IMG/VR virus record: IMGVR_UViG_3300010430_000007
Span: 32,001-96,000 of that record
Direction: 5' to 3' (one strand)
Origin: a virus
DNA: 64,000 nt
Shown: one piece after another, positions 24,403 to 35,579 of the stretch
Numbering within the stretch: position 1 is the first letter of the stretch
How the letters are laid out: each line of letters opens with the position of its first letter
Notes under the pieces: model-generated
Seen by the model: only the letters and a program-made list of their open reading frames with translations
What the model was told of the DNA's origin: nothing
The model's database searches: none
Made by a program: the position numbers and the translations under genes

Positions 24403-24816
24403 TTAATGATTATCATTGTCTATAATAATTGTATTCTTGTCATTAAAAACAATATCAATTATTGATTGTTTGTCAGAAATGTATTCGGTAATCATCCCTT
24501 TAGACCCATGGTCAATATATCCTTTTTCATACCATTCATCATCGCATTCTTTTATGATTAATTCAGCTCCAGTATAGTCCATTACAGCCTCTTTTACTAA
24601 GTCCAACATACTATCATTGTCTGAATACTCAGTGACAATGTAGCTTAACTTTTCGAGCGGACTTCTTAATGTTTCATAGCCCCACCCAAACTCTCCAAAG
24701 CTTACTTCAATCTCATCTCTAGAAAACTCTCTCATTCTGTCTGAACCAATGATAGACAAGCTGTGCATTGAACTAGAGTTTGTCTCAAATACATTTCTTC
24801 TAATTTGTTATTTCAT
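24403..24816 (-). pseudogene. FETNSSSMHSL-motif protein with a nonsense codon at position 3
   Basis: RBS GGAGG, then ATG AAA TAA CAA ATT AGA AGA AAT GTA TTT GAG ACA AAC TCT AGT TCA ATG CAC AGC = MK*QIRRNVFETNSSSMHS; TAA at 24810-24808. Confidence 0.75.
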
Positions 24817-24824
24817 AATTCCTC

Positions 24825-25163
24825 CTAACCGAAACCGTAGTATCCAAATGCAACAACTTTATCGCCATTTTTAGTAGTATGTCTTTGCTCAAACTCTTCA
24901 TAATCTCCACCAAAATTATTATATGTTGAAAATTCATTGTCTCTTAGTAACTCTTCAATCTCATCATCGTCCAATCCTTTTACATTCTCTCCATCTTTTT
25001 TAATTTTGGAAAGCGCTTCGTCTTTTGTTATTAGTTCATCTCTCCAAGTTAATAACATCTCACCTTTTTTAAATCTTTCAAATTCCTCCTCACTTACAAT
25101 AGTTAAACTATGCATAGAACTACTGTTTGTTTCAAATACTCCAAATCTAATTTGTCTCTTCAT
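24825..25163 (-). CDS. Conserved phage protein with N-terminal MKRQIRFGVFETNSSSMHSL motif
   Basis: ORF overlaps the radical SAM stop; N-terminus shared with the downstream paralog. Confidence 0.85.
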   Translation of the reverse strand: MKRQIRFGVFETNSSSMHSLTIVSEEEFERFKKGEMLLTWRDELITKDEALSKIKKDGENVKGLDDDEIEELLRDNEFSTYNNFGGDYEEFEQRHTTKNGDKVVAFGYYGFG

Positions 25164-26097
25164 TTCTTTCTCCCTTCACAACCTTAAACATTTCGTCAAC
25201 AGTTTTTAATAATTTATATCTACTATTAGTAGCACAAGAGTTCAGTGAAAATTCTTCTTCTACTAAATCAATATACATAGTGTGTTGTCCATCATCACCC
25301 ATATAAAATTCTTCCCATTTTTCTGTGGTAAACATTCTTCTAACATTTAGTTGTTCAATAGCCATATTATCAAAACTAACCACTTTAAACGATTCTGCTA
25401 TTTTGTGCAAATTATCGTAAATTGACTTTTGATTTAACTTGATTTTATCGTTTTCACTCTTTCTAAATTCAATACCACGTCTTACGTCTTTGTATCCTAA
25501 AATTAGTATTTTAATTCCTCTATTTGATAATTTCATAATATCTTCGTATGAATGAACCCCATTTATAACATGAATTACAAAGTTATTGGTGTTAATATTT
25601 TCTTTTTTACAGTCATTATAAAACTTGATTAATCCGTCACTATCACCATTGTAAGATATTCCAATGCCATTTAACAATCCTCTATCATGAAGTGGATATA
25701 ACTTAGAATAAATAGATTCACTTTCTCCCCACTTGTGAATGTCATAAGCATGGGATTGGTTAATTGTAATATTTGCGATTATACCTCTATTTCTACAGAA
25801 CAATAAAAAATCTTCAAATTGAGGATTTTCAAATACATTGCCTCCTCCTATAGCAAGCTCTGTTCCGGGTCTTAGAGACCATAAGAATTCTTGGTCAAAT
25901 TTTGAATTATCTCCATCTACAGTTGAATTTTCATGGCAGAATGCACATCCCAAATCACATCTGTTGGATATTTTTATGTCAATATTCTCTGGGAACTCTG
26001 CAATAAATTCATCCTCTTCGGTTTCTCTGACTTTCGTGCCGTCATCGTAAATCTTTACGTTGTAGTTGCCATTTTTATACTCGTTTAATAATTTCAT
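25147..26097 (-). CDS. Radical SAM enzyme
   Basis: CxxxCxxC: CDLGCAFCHE; AIGGGNVF motif; RBS before ATG 26097 (MKLLNEY). Confidence 0.92.
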   Translation of the reverse strand: MKLLNEYKNGNYNVKIYDDGTKVRETEEDEFIAEFPENIDIKISNRCDLGCAFCHENSTVDGDNSKFDQEFLWSLRPGTELAIGGGNVFENPQFEDFLLFCRNRGIIANITINQSHAYDIHKWGESESIYSKLYPLHDRGLLNGIGISYNGDSDGLIKFYNDCKKENINTNNFVIHVINGVHSYEDIMKLSNRGIKILILGYKDVRRGIEFRKSENDKIKLNQKSIYDNLHKIAESFKVVSFDNMAIEQLNVRRMFTTEKWEEFYMGDDGQHTMYIDLVEEEFSLNSCATNSRYKLLKTVDEMFKVVKGERNEETN

Positions 26098-26146
26098 AAT
26101 ACTCCTCCTTTTAAAATTCACCATGAAACCTATATTTCATCATAAG

Positions 26147-26857
26147 TTATTCTTCTAGTGTAATATCATCAATCATAGATTCGATAACTTTACTCATAGA
26201 TTTAATCTTTGGTGAGTAAAATCTAGAAACCTGTTCTTCACATCTTCTCTTCTCTTCATTGTTATATAAATTTGCTTCTTCTACTAATTTTTGAGTTAGT
26301 ATATAATAATTTGATAATAGTTCATATATTTCATTGTTTAAAATATGATTCGTGTCTATTTTTGCATCTTTTTCATAATTCAACAATATAGTAAACATTT
26401 CTTGAATCATAATATTAATTGATTCAATCTTCTCTTTGTCATAATGGTTGTCTATTAGCCATTCATGATTTGACAATACATCGAAAAATAAAATACCGTT
26501 ATCATTTCGTATTCTAGATTTTTCTGTCTTATGTCTATATCCCCATCTGTCATCTGGATAATACTCAACACTGCCGTTTGTTAAAAATCTCATACATGAA
26601 TTACATTTACTTCTATAGTCGTCTAATTCATTTGATTTTATTTCAGATAGCCTTTTTTTAACATATTCTTTCAATTCATCATAGGTGTTGTTTGTAAAAG
26701 AATTAAGAACCGATATATTAAAAAATGGTATTAAATAAACAATAAAAACTATTTTATAATCTTCAAATTTGACATTTTTTTCAATACATTTTTTCACTGT
26801 TAAAATCAACATAATTGATGCTATAATATATGAATATAAAATTGAACTAATTAACAT
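26147..26857 (-). CDS. Membrane protein with two N-terminal TM segments and a helical C-terminal domain
   Basis: Hydrophobic N-terminus; co-transcribed with the TelA-like gene. Confidence 0.7.
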   Translation of the reverse strand: MLISSILYSYIIASIMLILTVKKCIEKNVKFEDYKIVFIVYLIPFFNISVLNSFTNNTYDELKEYVKKRLSEIKSNELDDYRSKCNSCMRFLTNGSVEYYPDDRWGYRHKTEKSRIRNDNGILFFDVLSNHEWLIDNHYDKEKIESINIMIQEMFTILLNYEKDAKIDTNHILNNEIYELLSNYYILTQKLVEEANLYNNEEKRRCEEQVSRFYSPKIKSMSKVIESMIDDITLEE

Positions 26858-27470
26858 AAGTCACCTCTCCCCACTTTAAAAACAACCCTATTTCATGAAA
26901 AGTTTGAAACGGTTTTTGATTAACTGCTTCCTTGTCCTTATAACCAATTTCTTTTATGAAATGAAATTTTCCAGAAAACTGTATTTTTTCTCCTTTTTCT
27001 AGTTGCTTTACAAAATCATCTTGTTTGTCGAACGGTACTCTAATTGCTATAAAATCAATCTTTCCCCATTCATTAAGTCTTTTTACAATTATTGAATAAT
27101 TAAATCTCAACTCAATGATGTCATAAACTTCACCTTCTCCAATGACTGTTATATTCTTATTTTCTAATCTACTACTAAGATTCGAATATTCATTCAAAGA
27201 AGAACTTTTTAAATCAGATTTAAATTTTTTATAGATTTCATCCATTGATTTTATTGTGCCTTCTCCATTTTCAGTGTACGTGAAATTTATACCACTATCT
27301 TTTCTTAGGTCGAGTGGGTCTAAGTTAATAGCTTGTGTACAAACAATAATTAAGAATACTATTAAAATCTCCAATGTCAAATAATCTTTTATACACCAAT
27401 ACCCACTACTATAGTCTTTTGATTTTGTCGTCATATTTAAAAGTTCTTTTAGTCCGATTTTAATTTTCAT
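26847..27470 (-). CDS. Single-pass membrane protein, possible OB-fold ectodomain
   Basis: One TM segment (LEILIVFLIIVC) then beta-rich ITVIGEGEVYDI...IQFSGKF. Confidence 0.55.
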   Translation of the reverse strand: MKIKIGLKELLNMTTKSKDYSSGYWCIKDYLTLEILIVFLIIVCTQAINLDPLDLRKDSGINFTYTENGEGTIKSMDEIYKKFKSDLKSSSLNEYSNLSSRLENKNITVIGEGEVYDIIELRFNYSIIVKRLNEWGKIDFIAIRVPFDKQDDFVKQLEKGEKIQFSGKFHFIKEIGYKDKEAVNQKPFQTFHEIGLFLKWGEVTYVN

Positions 27471-28407
27471 TGTTTTCCTCCAATAATATTAATTTTAAAG
27501 AGTCAAGTTTTAACTTTTCTATATTGTCTAACTGAGCCTTACCTTGTTTTATAATATTCTTAGCCTCTTGGATTACCGCCACTGCATTTTCATTTCCTTG
27601 TAACATTTCTATTGATTTCATACTTACATCTACTAAATTCTTAGCCCCATCAACTAGTAGTTTATCTCTAAGTTGGTCTAAATAATTTAAGTCGTCAATC
27701 TTCTTTTGATGTTTAGATGTTATGGCCTGTAAGGAAATTTGCTGTTGAATTACTGGTAATACACTATCATAGGCAGAAAACATTTTTCTGTAAATTTGAT
27801 AGTTTGTCTTCTTCATGATATCAGTGTTTTCAATTGCTTGTTCTGCTACAGCTTTTTGCATTTCAAAATCCGAAATTTTTTGTCTTAAAATTGATTGCTT
27901 TTCAATATCTACCATCGTTTGGCCTTCGCTCTTAATCATATCTTTGAGTTGTTCTTTAGCTACGTCAATGTGCGTATTTAAGCCTTCTACTGTGTCCAAA
28001 CAGTCTTTTTTAATTGTATTAAGAACATTATTTACAGTCTCTAGTTCATTCTCCCATTGTTTAATTGTGGCATAGCTAGAACGCATCTCGCTTGCAATAT
28101 TGGTGTACTTGTTAACCAATTGATTTGTTTTTCCAGAAATATTTGCTATAAACTTTTTTATTCCTTTGGCATTTTGATTTAATTTCACGATTTCGTTAGT
28201 GTCAATCTTCTTCATTACTTTTTCTAAATTCTTTACAATATCGTTGTCGCTAGAACTTGATTCAATAATATTCATTACTTGTTCACTTGAATTTCTAACC
28301 GAATCATTTAGTTCTCTTCCAAACTGAACTATGCTCATCGTGTCTCCAGAATTTATTGCAATCTGTAAATCGTTTTTAGTTTTGTCATATAATACTACAG
28401 TGTTCAT
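27460..28407 (-). CDS. telA: TelA/YaaN-like toxic anion resistance family protein
   Basis: SIVQFGRE N-terminus, long coiled coil, KISDFEMQKAVAEQ, NYQI...AYDSVLPVIQQQI resemble TelA family features. Confidence 0.65.
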   Translation of the reverse strand: MNTVVLYDKTKNDLQIAINSGDTMSIVQFGRELNDSVRNSSEQVMNIIESSSSDNDIVKNLEKVMKKIDTNEIVKLNQNAKGIKKFIANISGKTNQLVNKYTNIASEMRSSYATIKQWENELETVNNVLNTIKKDCLDTVEGLNTHIDVAKEQLKDMIKSEGQTMVDIEKQSILRQKISDFEMQKAVAEQAIENTDIMKKTNYQIYRKMFSAYDSVLPVIQQQISLQAITSKHQKKIDDLNYLDQLRDKLLVDGAKNLVDVSMKSIEMLQGNENAVAVIQEAKNIIKQGKAQLDNIEKLKLDSLKLILLEENNEN

Positions 28408-28437
28408 ATGTAATTCCTCCTCTATTTTTCTTAATAT

Positions 28438-28463
28438 TATCATAATATAATAAATTTGTCAAG
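28438..28463 (-). promoter_or_regulatory. sigmaA-type promoter of the TelA/radical SAM operon
   Basis: TTGACA-N17-TAATAT on the minus strand (span approximate). Confidence 0.55.
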
Positions 28464-28483
28464 TAGCTGGTATAAAATAATTT

Positions 28484-28832
28484 GTGTTCAGTGGTCATTT
28501 TGTCCTGCTGTTATAGAGCTCGTGTTCTACAACCTAGTGATACCAACGTTTTCAGAAGCACTACTTCTTTGGCTGTTATAGTGTGGTGCGAAATTTCTAA
28601 TCGTGTTAAGTGAAATTTGCTCGCTCTCAAATAAATTTCTGTTACGGAAGTCAACAACGTCAGAACTAAATCTGTTACGTGAGACTATTCACAACTTTGA
28701 ATAAGTTTTCAAAATCTCAGTGATGAAAATTAGCTGGTGTTCTATAAGCTAAAAACGTCAGACTTCGAACTGTTACCGAAACCTAGTAATTGCAACGCGT
28801 TGCCCATGGTTATTTTTCGAATCTGTTACCGT
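28484..28832. repeat. Non-coding locus with CTGTTA repeats and a GCAACGCGTTGC palindrome
   Basis: CTGTTA at 28508, 28573, 28639, 28672, 28770, 28823; palindrome 28792-28803. Confidence 0.8.
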
Positions 28833-28942
28833 GAGCCATATTATCACATCCACCACAATAAATATCAATACTCATAAATATTCATACATATAAACATTTA
28901 CATGTATCTATGAATACAATTTCGACTCATATTGATGATTAT

Positions 28943-29164
28943 CTAATCGCCTGCATGAAGTAACTCAGACATTTTGCTCATGTGAACTCTAATCTCTTGA
29001 AGCTCCTCAATCCAATCACGTACATTATCATACGTAATCTCTTGATTGTTTCTCATTAGCCTATGCATTTCTGGACTCATATGGTTAACTATCTTTTGGT
29101 TAACCTTAAATATCTCTTGTGTAATCTCTTGTAATTCTTCCTTAGTAAATACTGTAACTTTCAT
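28943..29164 (-). CDS. Hypothetical protein, 73 aa
   Basis: ORF with RBS. Confidence 0.65.
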   Translation of the reverse strand: MKVTVFTKEELQEITQEIFKVNQKIVNHMSPEMHRLMRNNQEITYDNVRDWIEELQEIRVHMSKMSELLHAGD

Positions 29165-29353
29165 CTCATACCCTCCATATCTTTATATTATACTCTCTAA
29201 CAATTCTTACTATCTACTCTAATCAACTACCGCTTTAAACTCGCTACCTTACAACTCAATTTCTAGCCCTATAACACCACTGCGTAATCTATTCTATTAT
29301 TCCGCTTTGGTGTAGTGTTGGCGGTAAAATGGTGATTGTCTTGTGTGACGTGG

Positions 29354-31720
29354 CTATTTATCAATAACCACAATCACAGTTTTAATTTTTGTATGACTAA
29401 ATTGGTCGTCATTATTATACCATTCAGCACAATTATTATCAATAAACGCTCTGAAATCTTGACTCTCCTTGTCATTTGCAAAAGTCCAATGTGGTGACAT
29501 AATCGCAACAAGTCTACCACCTTCTTCTAGTAATTCATAGGCGTGTAATACATGTTTGATGTCTTGATTTTTGCTAAAAGGCGGATTCATTAAAACCTTA
29601 TTAAACTTAATGTTAGTTTCATACTCTAAGAAGTCACCATTATTTACACTATAACCACTATCTTTTAGATACTCACAAAACTCATATGAATACTCACAAC
29701 AAGTTATGTTTTCTTTGCTTGTAATATACGCTATTTTATCGGCAATATTTCCAAGTCCAGCAGACGGCTCAAGAACGGTGTCGCCATCATTTAAATTTGC
29801 ATAGTCAATCATCTTATCAACTAATGAGTCGGGCGTAAAATGAACGTCACCTTTTTGACTCGATTGCTCAAGTTGCTGTCTTTTTAATTTTCTTTGAGCC
29901 TGTGCTTTTGCTTCTGGGTTATCAATATATTCAAGAATCATTTTATAAATATAAACTAATTCAATCAATTCAGATTTATTATTGATTCCTTTTTGTTGTA
30001 ATTTCTTGATTCTTTTTTTCTGGTCATCATTAAACCACTCTGCGTTTGATGGGCTTACTGTTGGATATTCCAAAGTACCTCTATTATCAGAATACATATA
30101 TCTTTGAGTTAGCTCTCTGAATGATGACACAATGAATAATTTAATCTTTGGGTTATAGTCACCACTGATTAATTTTTCTTTGATGTATATTAACACATTT
30201 TTATCATCTTCAAGCACCTCAATTTTTCGCACCCTTTCCGCTTGTTCTCTCATTCTTTTTGGTGTGTTTGTTAAATAATCACCACTTAAAGCATTGATTT
30301 TTTTATCAAGTGAGGCAATTTGTTTTTCAATTTGGGCAAGTTCTTTTGTGTTATCGTCAACTTTTACTTTTGTTTCTTTTTTCTTTACTTCATCTTGAAT
30401 AATTTCAGAAGATTGAAGAGACTCTACGAAGCCTCTTTTTTCTTCTGTATCTTTAGTGTACCATATTTTATTAACTCTGTGCCATCTAAAACCATTATCT
30501 TTCAACTGCTTTCTAACTTCTTCCGAAGGCTTGCCAGTGAATGAAAGTTCAATACCATTTTTTTCATCGTTGAAATTAACTGTCATTTCTAAATCATTAT
30601 TATCTGATTCAGTTTTTAAGCTTGTTTTAACTGATTCTTTTTTAGTTGACTTTTGAGGCTTCGCAGTTTCCCACGCTTCATATTCTTCTATGATTTCCTC
30701 GTCAATAATATCACATGCAACAATAGCACCTTTTGAAATCCATTGGTTTAATCTTTCAATATCTCCAGTGAATCTATTTGAGCGTGTAGCACTACCAGTT
30801 AACATTTTTGTTAATTTTCCGTTCATTTTGAAAGCTCTATCAAATCCTAGTTCATTGTCTAATTTATAAATGAATCCACTACGACAACCATAGTTAAAAC
30901 TAGATACTAGTTTAAAATATTTAGCATCTTTCATATCTTTAACTTCTAGAAGCTCAACAACCTTTTTAACTGTTGTTTTTTTAGTCTTAATTACTTTTAC
31001 AAGTTTATCATCTTCTTGAGCTTGTAATCCTTCTTTTTCAGTTTTTTCTGTGCCGTCTCCAACAACTGTTTTTGTTGATACAATTTTATTCATCTTGTTA
31101 ATGAATTTTTCAAAACTGTCAATCAATTTTTGTTCATCAAGTGAAGGCTCTGAAGCTTTTCTGACTTGGTTTCCGTTTTCGTCGTGTTCTCCAGTCCATC
31201 TATTGCGTGATTCGTATTTCATTTCATGACAGTTATAGTCCCAAGTTAATGAGCCAAATTTATAAATACCATTGCCTTTTGCTACAACTCCGCCATCTTT
31301 TTCTATATGCCATTTTGTAGTTTTGCCAACTTCTTTCGATGTCATATAAGTAGGGTAAATATCAACTACAACTTTTCCAGCTTCAGCGGATGCATTGATT
31401 TTGTCTATCATATTTTGAGCGTTAGCTTTTTCGCCTTCACTCGCCGCGTGGTTGTCTCTAAGTGCTTCAAGTTTTGAAATCTTTGAAAAGTCTACATTTT
31501 TAGTATTTTCTATAATTTCTTTTCCGCTTTCACTTTTTGACCAAGCGTCAACAACAAGAGTAAACCCATTTTTAGTTGCAATTCCATTCCAGTATGCAGG
31601 TGAGTAATAATCTGTCATTGAGTCACTTTCGTCTGCTCTATATCCGTAAATCTTCCACCCTTGATTTTTTAATGCGTGTGCTATATTTGTTTTTGCTTTT
31701 CTTTCGTCATGATATCCCAT
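29354..31720 (-). CDS. Large polyvalent protein with C-terminal N6-type SAM-dependent DNA methyltransferase
   Basis: C-terminal HFTP, VLEPSAGLG (motif I), VLMNPPF (motif IV), LEEGGRLVAIM; internal FTGKPSEEVRKQLKDNGFRW domain. Confidence 0.85.
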   Translation of the reverse strand: MGYHDERKAKTNIAHALKNQGWKIYGYRADESDSMTDYYSPAYWNGIATKNGFTLVVDAWSKSESGKEIIENTKNVDFSKISKLEALRDNHAASEGEKANAQNMIDKINASAEAGKVVVDIYPTYMTSKEVGKTTKWHIEKDGGVVAKGNGIYKFGSLTWDYNCHEMKYESRNRWTGEHDENGNQVRKASEPSLDEQKLIDSFEKFINKMNKIVSTKTVVGDGTEKTEKEGLQAQEDDKLVKVIKTKKTTVKKVVELLEVKDMKDAKYFKLVSSFNYGCRSGFIYKLDNELGFDRAFKMNGKLTKMLTGSATRSNRFTGDIERLNQWISKGAIVACDIIDEEIIEEYEAWETAKPQKSTKKESVKTSLKTESDNNDLEMTVNFNDEKNGIELSFTGKPSEEVRKQLKDNGFRWHRVNKIWYTKDTEEKRGFVESLQSSEIIQDEVKKKETKVKVDDNTKELAQIEKQIASLDKKINALSGDYLTNTPKRMREQAERVRKIEVLEDDKNVLIYIKEKLISGDYNPKIKLFIVSSFRELTQRYMYSDNRGTLEYPTVSPSNAEWFNDDQKKRIKKLQQKGINNKSELIELVYIYKMILEYIDNPEAKAQAQRKLKRQQLEQSSQKGDVHFTPDSLVDKMIDYANLNDGDTVLEPSAGLGNIADKIAYITSKENITCCEYSYEFCEYLKDSGYSVNNGDFLEYETNIKFNKVLMNPPFSKNQDIKHVLHAYELLEEGGRLVAIMSPHWTFANDKESQDFRAFIDNNCAEWYNNDDQFSHTKIKTVIVVIDK

Positions 31721-31968
31721 TTTATTCTCTCCTTTTAATAAACCGATGAAATTCTAATTTCAAGAGGTTTTATCTCTTCTTTAACTATCTTTATTATACC
31801 ACTTTTAACACTCTGTGTCTATAGTTTTTAACAAGTTTTTTAAATTAATTTTTCTTTCTCTGTATTCATTATATGCACAGGCTAGCAATACAACCGTCGC
31901 AGTTCCCCAAGTCCAACTCATTCTATATAAGAATAATGCTACGTCTTTATAGTCCATTTTTAAACCTC

Positions 31969-34332
31969 CTATGCATCTGGATACATTTCATAAAAACAAT
32001 GGCAAGGCTCTCCATCGTATATATAGCCACATTCTTCGCATCTTACTTTATTTTCTATACTCCATTTCATTAGTGGTATATCTTTAAATTCTAACAACTC
32101 AGTTTTATCTGTATAGACATTTCTCTTTTGAAAACAATACTCACCACCTTTAATTTCCATTGTAAAAAGTTCGTTTCCCATTCTGCAAAATCCGTGCAAC
32201 TCTTGATTTTCTTCAATCATGTATAACGCCATGTCTCTTGTCATCTTAACCGCTCCTCTCAATCTCTTATCTAAGACCATTATATCATACTGAGTATATA
32301 ATACAACCCCTAAACGTAATATTTTTCAATTATTTTTATGATAATATATAGATGGTTATCTAATCGTTTTTATTGTTCGGTGGATGTTTGATACCACCCT
32401 TGCCGTACCTCTTGTATATATTATAACATGAGGTTGCCGTATCTGTCAACAAAAACTTTTCAGAACTTTGAATGAAATTTTCATTTCATCTATTTAAATA
32501 TATCTATATGTTTAGTGAGAAAAGACTAGAAATTAATCTAGTCCAATCTTGATTATTTAACTTCGAATTTTCCGTTTTTAGCCTTAGAGGTCATGAATTG
32601 AATATTCTCTTTAAATTGTCTTTTGTTTCCTTTTGTAGCTTTAGCTAGTGTATAGGCGATACTGAAACCAACAAGAGGGTCATTGCTGTCCAGAGTGCCA
32701 CACTGAGCCACACCTTTTGTCCCATCTTCTAAAAATACAATTGTTGTCTTGCCGTTAAAAATAACTTTGCTGACACCTAAATTTTTTAACATTTCTTTAC
32801 TCATTGTTTTCTCTCCTTTTTCTACTGCTTTGTTTCTGTTGTTTTCTTCAACTCTTTTTAAAAAATCAATGATGCTAATAACATCTGCTGTCCCATGATA
32901 CTTTCTACACATTGTTAGATATCTACCGCCAAAACTACTGACCGATACATAATTATACGTGTGGTCATCATACACGTATTTACAAGACATATCATTTGAT
33001 TTCATAATACCCACAAGAACATTGATTTTTTCGCTATTTCCTCTAAAATTAATAGCCAACTTTCCATCTAATACCTTTTCTAACATTTCATTCATTTTAT
33101 ACCATCCTCTCTACATTTCACCTACTAATTGAATTAACAATGCTCTCAGCTTTTCCTTTTGACCTTTTAAGTCAACTACAGCCAACTGCTTGACATAATC
33201 ATTTAATGACATATCTTTTAATAGCTCGATATCATTATCAATTTTACCCATTTCTTCTAACAATTCCTGTGGTGTCTTTTGTGTTTCAACTGTGATTTTA
33301 ACCGTTCTTCTTTTTGGATACGTTCTTCTTAAATTTTCTCCCATTTTATACCATCCTCTCATATTCATGCATTTAAATTTACCAATGAAATAGTACTTTT
33401 ATTTGGTTTTATAAATAAATCATAAACCAATGATTCATTTCAAAGTCTGTAAACCAACTAAATTCACCATATTCATTATAAATCTTATATGATTCCACTT
33501 CTTTGCAAAATTCATAATTGTACTCATTCCCACACAGATAATTCTTATATTCAAGCGATTCAGTTTTGCACAAGCATAAATTTTTATTTTCCATTCTCAA
33601 TTCCCCTCACCTTCTAACATCTCTAAGTCCAACCGTTACAGTCCACCTATCCGATGTATTCGCTTTATCTAATACTATTATATCAGATACAATTTACTTG
33701 TCAATACCTAAATTGAATATTTTTTTATAAATTCAAATCATTATACCATTCTACGCCATCAACATCAATTTTCAAAACATTGTATTGATAATCATAGTAG
33801 TAAACAGCAGACTCATAAACATCTAAATTTTCCACTTCTCCAACATAGTCAAAACTAATATTCATGTTTCTAAACTCATCACGCACAGTTAACACTGTGA
33901 AAATTGTGCTATCTTGTTCGCTGATGTTTACCCCTACATAATCAAGTTGGGTATAATTTAACTGTAATTCCTCGACGTTTTCAGACGTACATGCGTACAC
34001 TTGTGATACATTCATAAATACCAGTAACGCCACCATTAATGTGATTGTAATTTTTCTAATTTTCATTTTTAATCCTCCTTTTAAACCGCACTATAAAATA
34101 ACTGTCTATCTCTATCATTCATTAAAATTTTTAAATCCTTTTGGTTGATAATTGCCACTATGCCGTATTCTTTACTATGCATCATATCTCCTATTTGATA
34201 GCTTTCAATAGTATTGTTTTTACTTTCTTGCTTTAACTTCTCTGTAAGCGCATCTCTCAATTCTGGTTCAATGTTTGTAATAGTTCCTTTTTCTAATAGT
34301 TCATTAAACAACGTTTGAATTTTGTCTTTCAT
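31969..34332 (-). other. Hypothetical ORFs (31969-32244, 32553-33095, 33111-33341, 33409-33600, 33725-34066 with signal peptide, 34081-34332)
   Basis: Co-oriented ORFs with RBS and promoters; 32553-33095 has the common phage VIFNGKTTIVFLEDGTKG motif. Confidence 0.72.
32420..32449 (-). promoter_or_regulatory. sigmaA-type promoter
   Basis: TTGACA-N18-TATAAT. Confidence 0.65.
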
Positions 34333-34469
34333 TTCAACATCTCCTTTATGATTGTAATTCTTATTAAATCCTCATTAGTATACAGTTAGTAAGGCTGTAC
34401 ACTATCAAAATTTAATATCCTCCTTCATTAGATTTGAAGTAATTCTCTTTGTGTCTTTCGGGTAGTTAT

Positions 34470-34687
34470 AGAATAGCATGGTATGATATTGCTGTCAATA
34501 GTATTTGTGAAATTAGTTTGATTTATTTTATTGTGTCGTGTTTCTTCCTTTATATAAGGAAATTAAAAACCACTTGAAAGAGTTATTTTATCGTAACTTG
34601 AAAGCAAGTTGTATCACGATTATGTTATAACTTTTTATTATGTTATAGAAAATAGTTCTTGACATTATAAACGTATTCGTTTATACT
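34470..34687. promoter_or_regulatory. Divergent sigmaA-type promoters at the strand switch
   Basis: Minus TTGACA-N17-TATTCT (34498-34470); plus TTGACA-N17-TATACT (34659-34687). Confidence 0.75.
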
Positions 34688-35579
34688 TAGACTAACAAAT
34701 TAAATGGGAGGCAATAACATGAGTAAAAAGTTAGAAAAATTACACATATACATGAAAATGATGAAACGAATCGATCCCAATGGCTGTTGGGATGAGGTTG
34801 TAGAAATGATTAAAAATGAAGAGTCGAACGCATTCAATGAAATTGATTATGCGGTACAAGTATTAGAAAATTGGATGAGTGAAGCAGGAAATGAATGTTG
34901 TAGTATTTATATTGAGATGATTGAGAGATTCAAGAGGTTAAGAAAGGAGTTTTAAGTATGAAGCTGAAGATTATCAAGTTGTATCAATTGTAAAAATGAA
35001 TTAAAATAATCCTTGACAACCAATGAAATAAATGTTAATATTAAAGAGTAAAGAGTTTAATTGTATACGAGATATACAGAACTTGTGAATGACTTTAAGA
35101 CTATGCGAGAGATAGACAAGTCTATGAGGTGTAAATGATTTAATGTGATACGAGATATTGCGAATCATTTTGATTGATGAGAGGAGAGAATGAAATGAAA
35201 ACAAATGTGTTAGAATTATTAAAAGAAACTGAAATGAGCAAGAAATCAAGAGAGCAATCCGAGATAATTTATAAACAATTAGACATTGATTCATCTTATT
35301 TGATGGGAAGATGGTTCGAGGGAATTCAATTAGGAAAATTTAATATAAGCGTTCAGGCTTCTGGGGGTCACTACTGTAACCCTAGAAAAACATTGTTTGA
35401 TTTATCACAATATGAATCAATGGAATTAGCTGTATATAAGGCCGATAATAGTAATTTCTTTAGGGATGTTGACTTCTTTGAAGGATTCAATAGAATTGAT
35501 GAGTTAAAAGAAAGATTTGAAGGTACTGTATTTGGTGCTGTACCTATTGATTTAATTAATGACTTTATTGATTATTTAA

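Noticed and set aside
24808-24810. Stop-codon reassignment (alternative genetic code)
   Set aside because: Single in-frame TAA; all long genes (YonO, terL, portal, RtcB) are intact under the standard code, and TAA terminates many genes.
6250-26124. ORF-track N-terminal extensions starting inside the palindrome or upstream of the RBS (e.g. 6260, 9612, 9995, 10589, 21394, 26124, 28443)
   Set aside because: The RBS lies downstream of these starts; true starts are the later ATGs.
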